In this document: positions 56,787-64,000 of the stretch, piece by piece
How positions within the stretch are numbered: the first letter of the stretch is position 1
Layout: each line of letters opens with the position of its first letter
From: Nitrospirota bacterium
GTDB lineage: Bacteria > Nitrospirota > Thermodesulfovibrionia > Thermodesulfovibrionales > JdFR-88
Assembly (NCBI GenBank): GCA_021840255.1
Contig: JAKBYX010000006.1
Coordinates: 35,811-99,810 of the forward strand
Length of the DNA stretch: 64,000 nucleotides
Direction: 5' to 3'
Notes under the pieces: model-generated
What the model was told of the DNA's origin: nothing
The model's database searches: none
Seen by the model: only the letters and a program-made list of their open reading frames with translations
Translations under genes and position numbers: made by a program

Positions 56787-58219
56787 CAGGTTTGCGCACC
56801 CCCCTTTTTTGGAAGTGAAAAATAGAACGCCGCTCCTTCTCCCAGAACACTTTCAGCCCAGACATTGCCGCCGTGGCGGCGAACGATGCGCTGCACGTTT
56901 GCCAGTCCCACCCCGGTGCCTTCAAACTCATCAGGGTCATGGAGACGCTGAAAAAGGCCGAACAACTTGTCCTGATATTGCGTATCAAACCCGACACCGT
57001 TGTCCCTGATAAAAAATATGAAGTCGTTTTCTTCGCGCTTGCTCCCTATCATGATTATCGCACGGTCCCGGGGGCGGGTGAACTTGATGGCATTCGATAC
57101 AAGATTGGCCCATACCTGTCTAAGGAGCGTCCGGTCCCCAAAAATAACCGGCAAGCTCTCTATGTTCCATTCTATGTTCCTTCCCTTGGTCTCCACGCTG
57201 AAATCATCGATGACCTCGTTTAGCAGGGAATTGAAATCGAACCATTGCATTGCCATTTCGGCCCGGCTGTTGCGCGAAAACGCGAGGAGGTCGTCGATCA
57301 GGTTGCCCATGATGCGGGCGGAATCCAGGATCACTTCAAGATAGTGCCTGTTGTTTTCATCCAGGCGGTCCCCGGCTTCTTTAAAAAGCAGGTCAACAAA
57401 TCCTATGATGTGGCGCAGCGGCGCGCGCAGATCGTGGGATACTGAATAGGAGAAAGCCTCCAGTTCCTTGTTTGCCGTCTGGAGCTGTTTAAGGTTGCCC
57501 TGAAGTTCCGAATAAGAACGGGCCAATTCAGCGGTCATATGATTGAGCGCTTTTGCAAGCTGGCCGATCTCATCACCTGAATCCTCCGGCGCGCTCACCC
57601 TGAGGTCTCCGCCCGCGATCCGGGCCGCCATCTTCGAGAGCCTGAAGAGAGGGTCCGAGACCAGCCGCTTCAACAGGACCTGGAGCAGAAATGCGCCTCC
57701 CCAGAGCGCAAGAGCGACCACAAGCACGATTCCGGCATAGCCCCTCAACCGGGAATACACGCTGGCCATGTCGGCGCGCAGGTAGAGCGTGCCCAGTGTG
57801 ACCCCTTTTTGTTTAACCGGCCGGACGAGCTCGATATGCGACCCCCTGATACGCAAGCCGGCAGGCCCCGGCTTTGGCGGCACAGAGGCAAATGAACGGG
57901 TAGCGCGGACATAGGAGGCAAATACCTGTCCATTGACGGCGTACAGGGCTGCAACGGTCAATTCCGGCGTGGCCCTCACCGTCTGTAATATTTCCCGCGC
58001 GGTCTTCGGGTCATCAAATGCCAGCGTGGGCGCGCTGTTGGCCGCCAGAAAATCGCCCACATCCGGCACTTCCTTCATCAAATGGGTGCGGTACGTGGTT
58101 ATCTCATACACGGCAATGCCAACCAACACCAATGCCAGTGATGCGGAAATGGCCGCCAGAATGATCATAAGCAATTTGCGCTGGATGGGCCAATTCCGGA
58201 CGCGTAGAGATATCTGCAT
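56786..58219 (-). CDS. sensor histidine kinase with periplasmic CHASE8-like domain, HAMP, HisKA, HATPase_c
   Basis: Two TM segments bracket a ~150-aa periplasmic region (LAFDDPKTAREILQTV...ALYAVNGQVFASY). HAMP, SHDLRAPLRHI H-box and GTGVGLANV G-box. Confidence 0.82.
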   Translation of the reverse strand: MQISLRVRNWPIQRKLLMIILAAISASLALVLVGIAVYEITTYRTHLMKEVPDVGDFLAANSAPTLAFDDPKTAREILQTVRATPELTVAALYAVNGQVFASYVRATRSFASVPPKPGPAGLRIRGSHIELVRPVKQKGVTLGTLYLRADMASVYSRLRGYAGIVLVVALALWGGAFLLQVLLKRLVSDPLFRLSKMAARIAGGDLRVSAPEDSGDEIGQLAKALNHMTAELARSYSELQGNLKQLQTANKELEAFSYSVSHDLRAPLRHIIGFVDLLFKEAGDRLDENNRHYLEVILDSARIMGNLIDDLLAFSRNSRAEMAMQWFDFNSLLNEVIDDFSVETKGRNIEWNIESLPVIFGDRTLLRQVWANLVSNAIKFTRPRDRAIIMIGSKREENDFIFFIRDNGVGFDTQYQDKLFGLFQRLHDPDEFEGTGVGLANVQRIVRRHGGNVWAESVLGEGAAFYFSLPKKGGAQT

Positions 58220-58225
58220 GGTTTT

Positions 58226-58792
58226 TTATGGCTCCTCGCCGCATTTCACCGAGGTGGCCACTCTCTTCATTGTAGAGTCGATCTTGAATCCCTTTTTTCC
58301 CGCCAGCGCTGCGTTCAGTTCAAAACGCACTTTATTGTTTTTAATTATCAGTCCGATCATCCCTCCCGCCCGGCAGAATTCGTTTGCAGGACTGATGTCG
58401 CTGATAAGCAGCGCATGTGTGTTTTGGAGTGACGCCAGCACTTTTTTGAGACGCGGCCGCTCCGAGCGGCTGATAAAGACCATTTGGCATCCCCCGGCTT
58501 CTTCCGCTTTTCCCAGGTAACGGATCACTACCGGGTGTTTGCCTACTGGTGTTTCGTCAATTTCATGCTGCAGCCACGGCCCGAACGGGTCTGTCCCAAG
58601 CACACAGACGGCAAATGGGCTGGCAGGGCCTGAAAAAGCCCCGGCGGGCCATTCCACGAAAAGCGCGAATTTGTACAGCATGGCTGCCTTGATCTGATAT
58701 TCCGGGGCCTCCTGGGCCAGCACCGGCATCTGTGAAAGCGTGAGCGCCAGTATGCAGGCTGAAATGCCCCAGATTATCTTCAGAAATTCCAT
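58226..58792 (-). CDS. YfiR-like periplasmic protein (DUF4154)
   Basis: Signal peptide plus the YKFALFVEWP signature. Confidence 0.75.
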   Translation of the reverse strand: MEFLKIIWGISACILALTLSQMPVLAQEAPEYQIKAAMLYKFALFVEWPAGAFSGPASPFAVCVLGTDPFGPWLQHEIDETPVGKHPVVIRYLGKAEEAGGCQMVFISRSERPRLKKVLASLQNTHALLISDISPANEFCRAGGMIGLIIKNNKVRFELNAALAGKKGFKIDSTMKRVATSVKCGEEP

Positions 58793-60969
58793 TTTATCAT
58801 TCCGTAAACGCTGCGCCTGATCTCGGCTACCGGAGTCCTCAGTAACGGTCCTTGCGGGCTGCTTATAAATTCGGGATGATGATTGTCAAACAAATTCTGG
58901 CCTACTATGGAGAGTTCCCACTTTTTGAGCGGCCGCCAGGCCAGGCGCGTATCCACTGCGATGTATTGATCGATCTCGTTCGGAAAACCCGGAATATTTC
59001 CTGGATTGAAACCGGTCAGCCTGCTGACATATCGTCCCATAAGATCGAATTTCACTTCCCGGCCCAGATCCCAGGAAGATTGGACATAAACTTGGTGCTC
59101 GGGACTATGGCCCTGGGAGGACTCCGCGGCCGCTATTATGTCCGGTGCCAAAGCCGGGTCTGCATGCAGTCTCATCTTTAAAAAAGAATACGCCACGTAA
59201 AGCCGCCAGAATTTGGCTGGACGCCAGTTGGCGGCCACTTCCAACCCGTAAGTATCACCCCGCATGCGGTTCTCTATAAACAGAGGGGCAATAAACGATC
59301 CGCCGGGGCCGGGAGACGGGCTTTCAAACACACCCACCCGCAAACGTTGATAGTCGTTATAGAAAGCCGCCGTGTCCACGGAAAACTTTTTTGATATCTG
59401 GTTACGGTATCCCAGCTCATAAGCGATCACCTCTTCTGATTTGAAACCGGTATTGAATGTGATACGTGGAAAAACCAGCGGGGAGACAGAGACCGGAGCC
59501 AGGGTCAGAAGGATTGATTCCTCCAGGAGCGAAGGGGTCCTGACGGCCCGTGAAACGGCCATCCAGGCGCTTTGTAAAGCCGTAGGGGTCCAAAGCAAGC
59601 GAGCCGTAGGCTGTATTTCGAACCCGGTGAAATCGTTGTGCTCTATTTTAGTCCCGAGCGTCACTCTTAATTTGTCCTTAACTGCAGCGATCTGGTCCTG
59701 CACAAATGCGCTAATCAGGTTTGTAAAGCGGTGCGGGCGGTCCCAGGTAAATATGAAACCATTATCCATTTGGCTGTTCTCAAGCGAAGAATCCACCAGC
59801 CGGTACCCGAATCCGTATACAAATTTCTGCCTGTCTCCGATCGGAAAGTTGTGCTGGAAGTCCACATCGTATGTGTCCCATCGTAAATACTGGGCCAGGT
59901 TCTCGATCTTCTGCCCGAAATGGTCCCAGTAGGCCAGCAGATACAAACTGGAGTCTTTATTTATCGTATGGGTCCATTTTCCCAATAAGTGTCCGGCGTC
60001 TGTGATCTCATACTCCAGATCCTGGAAGGAAAACGGAGGGGCCAATTGGGGATAGTTATAGCTTTGGCCGGCCCTGGAGTGGACATATTGCGTGTCAATC
60101 CGGACCGCATCATTTATGCTGGGGTTCAGGTCCACGCGTGCGCCAAGGTCACCGTTATACCATCTGTCATTTGTATCAGTATTCTCGGGGAATTGCTCTC
60201 TAAGCCGGTCGAAACCTTCCCCATATACCCGGTACCAGGCGTTTTCTCCCAATTTGCCCCCATAACGCAATGTGCCGAACCCCAGTTCCTGGTTGCCGCC
60301 GCCCGTGGCCAGGAATCCTCCCTGCGTCTCTTTCGCCGGTTTGGTAATAATATTGATAACCCCATTTACCGCATTCGCTCCCCAAACACTGGCGCCTGGG
60401 CCGCGTATAACCTCGATGCGCTCTATGTCTTCAAGCGGATAGACTACAGAGTCCCAGTAAACTCCCCCGAATAGCGGATTATAGACAGTGCGTCCGTCTA
60501 CCTGGACCAAAAGAAAATCGGCGTACTGATCGTTGAATCCGCGTGCGCTTATGGCCCAGGTATCGTTATTGATCCGAGCCATATCCATGCCCGGCACTCT
60601 GCGCAGCAGTTCCGCGATCGTTGTGGCCCCCGATCGCCGTATATCCTCCTGGGTTATAACGTAAACGGCAGCCGCAGATCGTCCAACGGTGCTTTCCGTC
60701 CTGGACACAGTGGTAACCTCGATGTTCATCAGCTGCTCCAGCCCAAGCTGGCTCAGGCGTGAAGGCAACTGGGTGTCCCCGGCTGATTTTTCGTTTTGTT
60801 GAGCAGAGTCCTTATCAGGTGAGGCTGGCGAGTTTGCGGCCATCAGCATCAGGGCCAGAAAAACGGCAAACGTGCGACACCAGAGCGTCATTTGACGGTG
60901 ACGTTTTATTGATCGCATCCCGCGTGAAAAAAAAGCACAGATTTTCTGTCCCGGTGTATTTTTTTTCAT
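58780..60969 (-). CDS. TonB-dependent receptor
   Basis: Plug motifs IEVIRGPGASVWGANAVNGVINIITK, a long beta-barrel, and a terminal aromatic residue (KWNF). Confidence 0.9.
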   Translation of the reverse strand: MKKNTPGQKICAFFSRGMRSIKRHRQMTLWCRTFAVFLALMLMAANSPASPDKDSAQQNEKSAGDTQLPSRLSQLGLEQLMNIEVTTVSRTESTVGRSAAAVYVITQEDIRRSGATTIAELLRRVPGMDMARINNDTWAISARGFNDQYADFLLVQVDGRTVYNPLFGGVYWDSVVYPLEDIERIEVIRGPGASVWGANAVNGVINIITKPAKETQGGFLATGGGNQELGFGTLRYGGKLGENAWYRVYGEGFDRLREQFPENTDTNDRWYNGDLGARVDLNPSINDAVRIDTQYVHSRAGQSYNYPQLAPPFSFQDLEYEITDAGHLLGKWTHTINKDSSLYLLAYWDHFGQKIENLAQYLRWDTYDVDFQHNFPIGDRQKFVYGFGYRLVDSSLENSQMDNGFIFTWDRPHRFTNLISAFVQDQIAAVKDKLRVTLGTKIEHNDFTGFEIQPTARLLWTPTALQSAWMAVSRAVRTPSLLEESILLTLAPVSVSPLVFPRITFNTGFKSEEVIAYELGYRNQISKKFSVDTAAFYNDYQRLRVGVFESPSPGPGGSFIAPLFIENRMRGDTYGLEVAANWRPAKFWRLYVAYSFLKMRLHADPALAPDIIAAAESSQGHSPEHQVYVQSSWDLGREVKFDLMGRYVSRLTGFNPGNIPGFPNEIDQYIAVDTRLAWRPLKKWELSIVGQNLFDNHHPEFISSPQGPLLRTPVAEIRRSVYGMIKWNF

Positions 60970-61169
60970 TTTTGGGTACGGGTGTTATCAGAGGAGAACG
61001 TGCTGGCATTTTAGACAGCCCTTATATAAATATTAGTATTTATCCGCGAATCCGCAAGTCCATTTTGCAGGATAGCCATGGCTACAGTTGTATGCTCCAG
61101 GTTGGAAATGCGTACATGGCCAGATTCTGTTGCGGAAAGGGAAACAGGGCGGGGCAAGATTTTTTTGTA

Positions 61170-61190
61170 GGGGCGGGGTTTTCCCCGCCC
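61170..61190. repeat. REP-like GC hairpin GGGGCGGGG-TTTT-CCCCGCCC
   Basis: Read directly. This is the widespread 'gtaggggcgggg..ccccgccc' intergenic element type. Confidence 0.45.
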
Positions 61191-61281
61191 TTGGGCCCCT
61201 ATGACCAAAGGACATAAACAAAATGGCGCAGGAATGCCGTCCGTATGCAGGATGCCCCGGCAGCTGTATTTTTTTGGGGGG

Positions 61282-61584
61282 TTATTTTCTGTATTTTGCG
61301 GCATATGTTACAAGGTCAAAAATACTCTTTGCTCTTTGACTGGCAACATGGAGCGTCTGTTCGAATCTCTTGAATCTGTCCTGCTGCGACAGATCAATGA
61401 AAGACTCAGCCGCTTTTTCGATCTCGTGCAGAAGCTCTACGCCCTCCGGTCTTTGCAAAAAATCGTCTTGCCACATCTCTTTTGCGATGGAAAGGGCCCC
61501 GAAGAACATTTTTCTTGTCTCTGCCGCGTCATGCTCCAGCCGCTCAAATCTTTCTTCATCCGTCATATCGCCAGACTGTGACAT
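61282..61584 (-). CDS. hypothetical protein (100 aa, acidic, helical)
   Basis: ORF only. No motif recognised. Confidence 0.4.
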   Translation of the reverse strand: MSQSGDMTDEERFERLEHDAAETRKMFFGALSIAKEMWQDDFLQRPEGVELLHEIEKAAESFIDLSQQDRFKRFEQTLHVASQRAKSIFDLVTYAAKYRK

Positions 61585-61706
61585 GAAGCCTCCCGCCGTT
61601 TCCTTTACTGGACAGACTATAGCACGCGTGGGGCGGTTTGAAAAGCATGGAAGCAGCCTCAGCGGGTTTTCATAAGAGTCCGGATAGGAGGCCCAGAACG
61701 GCGAGG

Positions 61707-61735
61707 TTGAAGCAGGCTGATACGTATACTACAAT
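61707..61735 (+). promoter_or_regulatory. sigma70 promoter TTGAAG-17-TACAAT for the patatin-like gene
   Basis: -35 at 61707-61712 and -10 at 61730-61735. GGGAG SD precedes ATG 61771. Confidence 0.5.
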
Positions 61736-61770
61736 GTAACTGTTTATACGTCGCAATGGTGGGAGCTGCC

Positions 61771-64000
61771 ATGCCAGCATTCAATCCCAGGGGTGTCCGC
61801 AACGAAACCAGAAAAACCCGCCGTGTATTCTATGTACTTCTTGCCACGCTTATCTTTATTGTTTTTGATTTAGTCAACGCCTCTTTTGCGGCCTGCGCTT
61901 CGAAGGCTGGCTATGACCACAGGCCCAGAATCGGTCTTGTGCTGGGAGGGGGGGGAGCAAAGGGCGCGGCCGATATCGGCGTGCTGAAGGTGCTGGAAGA
62001 ACTGAAGATCCCGGTCGACTACATTGTAGGCACCAGTATGGGAGCTATCATAGGCGCGCTCTATGCCTCAGGCTTGTCTGCTGAGGAGATCGAAAAGGAA
62101 GTGACATCGATCAACTGGAAAGATGTTCTTTCGGGGGAACCCAGCCGCCAGGATATCGACTACCGGAGGAAAAGGGAAGATTATGAGATCCTGACCGGCC
62201 TGTCGCTGGGCATCAAGAACGGCAAAATCGTCATGCCGAAAGGTTTCATCAAGGACCAGAATGTGAACGTGCTCTTTGAGACACTTATGCTCCATGCGGC
62301 TGGCATAACTGATTTCGACAAGCTTCCGATCCCCTTCCGGGCGGTAGCCGCGGACGCGGAGACCGGAAAGATGGTGGTGTTGAAGAGCGGGAGCCTTGCG
62401 AATGCGGCCAGGGCAAGCATGTCGGTGCCGGGTGTGTTTCCCCCGATAGAATTGAATGGCAGGCTCCTGATCGACGGAGGCATTGTCCGGAATCTTCCAA
62501 TCGATATTGCCAGAAAGATGGGCGCAGACATAATTATCTGCGTCGATGTTGGCAAACCACTGAAGACCGGCAAATATCTGGTCAACCCCGTTTCGATAAT
62601 GAGCCAGATGATCGATATCATGATGAAAAAGAATGTAGATGCCCAGATCAGGACCCTTGGCCCGAATGATGTTTACATTCACCCTGAGCTTGGAGAACTG
62701 GACTCCACGGATTTCGACAAGTCAGCCGAGATCGACCGTATCGGCGAGAAAGCTGCCAGGGAAAAGATGGCGGCACTGAAGAGATACTCCGTGTCCGGCG
62801 CAGAGTATGCCGCCTTTGCTGCACGTCATCGCCGCAGTATGGTGAAAGAGGTGAAGATTGCCTCCGTGAAGGTCCTGGTGGAGGGTGAGACGAAAATCCC
62901 GCCGGAGGTCGTGGCCAGCAGGCTTTCCATCAAACCCGGCGACATCGTCAATACAGAGAAGCTGAAGGAAGAGGCAGGCATAGTATACGGCACGGGCGAT
63001 TTCGAGCGCGTAGACCTGGATGTCAAAAAGCGGGAAAACGGTTACGAGCTTCTCGTGAAGGCGAAGGAAAAATCCTGGGGACCGAATTACCTCCGTTTCG
63101 GTGTTGCCCTCGAAAGCGATTTTGAGGGCGATAGCAGATACAATATGCTCTTTGATTACACCCGGCGCTGGGTCAACAGCCTTGGCGCAGAGTGGAAGAC
63201 GCAGCTTAATCTGGGCTCGATGACCGGCATCTACTCGGAATTTTACCAGCCCCTTACCGTCTCACATCTTTTTTTCGTATCACCCAGTGCCCAGTGGAAA
63301 CGGGAGCTGTACGATGTATATGCCGGCAGTCACAGGGAAGCGTCCTACAGCGTCACAAGCTATAGCGGCGGCTTCGACTTTGGTTATCAGCCCTGGATGT
63401 ATGGTGAGGCGAGACTGGGCCTTCTGTACGGCAGTTTCAGGGCAAAGGCGCAGACTGGAAGTGTTGTTTTGCCTGAAGACCATGCAACGCGCGGAGCCAT
63501 TGTCGCCAAGGGAAGGTTTGATCAGCTCGATAATGTGAATTTTCCAAATAAAGGGTATGTGGCACAGTTTAATTTCCTTTCGTCCTTGCGTGCTCTGGGT
63601 TCAAATGATGCATACAACAAATTGGAGGGCTCCGTGGTCTGGGCCGTTACCTTCGGTAAGCAGACATTTTTATCTTCCCTTTCAGCCGGATCTCGCATTG
63701 GCAATGCCCTGCCGTTCTACGATCAGTTCACGCTTGGGGGGTTACTCGATCTCTCCGGGCTGCAAACGAACCAGCTGCTTGGACAATCAATGATGCTCTG
63801 GAGGCTGATCACTTACCACAAGATGGGGCACTCCTTCATTGGCGATTTTTATCTGGGAGGATCATTGGAATCCGGAAATGCCTGGCAAGAAGGCGAGAAA
63901 CAGTTCGATCTCGGCAATCTTCGGCTGGCCGGAAGCCTGTTTGCGGGATACGACACAATTTTGGGGCCCTTTTACCTTGCCTTCGGACATGCGGACGGAG
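61771..64000 (+). CDS. PlpD-like patatin phospholipase + POTRA + Omp85-type beta-barrel (type Vd secretion), C-terminus beyond window
   Basis: My own translation reads MPAFNPRG...GLVLGGGGAKGAADIGVLKVLEEL...GTSMGAIIGALYASG (GxSxG)...LIDGGIVRNLP (DGG). This is followed by VKVLVEGETKIPPEVVASRLSIKPGD (POTRA) and barrel-like strands. It is not in the ORF track because no stop lies in the window. Confidence 0.85.
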   Translation, partial: MPAFNPRGVRNETRKTRRVFYVLLATLIFIVFDLVNASFAACASKAGYDHRPRIGLVLGGGGAKGAADIGVLKVLEELKIPVDYIVGTSMGAIIGALYASGLSAEEIEKEVTSINWKDVLSGEPSRQDIDYRRKREDYEILTGLSLGIKNGKIVMPKGFIKDQNVNVLFETLMLHAAGITDFDKLPIPFRAVAADAETGKMVVLKSGSLANAARASMSVPGVFPPIELNGRLLIDGGIVRNLPIDIARKMGADIIICVDVGKPLKTGKYLVNPVSIMSQMIDIMMKKNVDAQIRTLGPNDVYIHPELGELDSTDFDKSAEIDRIGEKAAREKMAALKRYSVSGAEYAAFAARHRRSMVKEVKIASVKVLVEGETKIPPEVVASRLSIKPGDIVNTEKLKEEAGIVYGTGDFERVDLDVKKRENGYELLVKAKEKSWGPNYLRFGVALESDFEGDSRYNMLFDYTRRWVNSLGAEWKTQLNLGSMTGIYSEFYQPLTVSHLFFVSPSAQWKRELYDVYAGSHREASYSVTSYSGGFDFGYQPWMYGEARLGLLYGSFRAKAQTGSVVLPEDHATRGAIVAKGRFDQLDNVNFPNKGYVAQFNFLSSLRALGSNDAYNKLEGSVVWAVTFGKQTFLSSLSAGSRIGNALPFYDQFTLGGLLDLSGLQTNQLLGQSMMLWRLITYHKMGHSFIGDFYLGGSLESGNAWQEGEKQFDLGNLRLAGSLFAGYDTILGPFYLAFGHADG

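Overview
Chromosomal segment from a diderm bacterium, shown by Pal, a TonB-dependent receptor, Slp lipoproteins and an Omp85-type barrel. It decodes selenocysteine. I recognise about 60 protein genes. I found no rRNA, tRNA, CRISPR array, transposase, integrase or phage gene. All calls rest on reading motifs by eye, with no searches run.

Layout:
- 1-11.6 kb: surface-polysaccharide cluster. It holds a WbpA/WbpB-WbpD fusion/WbpE-like route to a di-N-acetylated hexuronic acid, rmlACBD, GT4, GT2 and a methyltransferase.
- 11.6-13.9 kb: small membrane and c-di-GMP genes (DUF202, PilZ, CBS then HPP).
- 14.0-18.0 kb: DUF4390 plus an NtrY/NtrX-like sigma54 two-component system.
- 18.3-20.7 kb: arsR-selD-TSUP operon. 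selD carries an in-frame TGA (Sec) that truncates it in the ORF track.
- 20.68 kb: near-consensus parS. It is followed by a receiver-PilZ gene and parA-parB.
- 23-43.9 kb: mostly housekeeping and envelope genes. These are YihY, a DsrC-like protein without the cysteines, pal, a TIGR00725/LOG-like protein, Smr, CBS, an APH-like kinase, htrA, groES-groEL with a perfect CIRCE, a DedA-PAP2 fusion, rhomboid, DUF523, rlpA, DUF1015, gap-pgk, AdoMet decarboxylase and TlpA.
- 44-50.4 kb: co-directional minus-strand cluster. In transcription order it is FliK-like, stand-alone FlhB C-terminal subdomain, ArsB/NhaD permease, two Slp lipoproteins with extreme Tyr/Pro tails, and orphan OppD/OppF ATPases.
- 50.7-54.8 kb: an 820-aa Ser/Thr/Gly-rich lipoprotein with three or four Cys-bracketed ~100-aa repeats, divergent from a LuxR-type regulator.
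- 54.8-61.0 kb: tightly packed six-gene operon of TonB-dependent receptor, YfiR-like DUF4154, CHASE8-type histidine kinase, receiver, receiver-HisKA_2 kinase and receiver.
- 61.8 kb to the end: PlpD-like patatin-POTRA-Omp85 (type Vd) protein, running off the window.

The most interesting items:
- the Sec-recoded selD and its arsR/TSUP context
- the YfiR/CHASE8 module wired to a multi-step phosphorelay
- the repeat lipoprotein
- the DedA-PAP2 fusion
- the soluble FliK/FlhB-CC pair
- the Tyr/Pro-tailed Slp paralogues

I see no clear defence island or mobile element.
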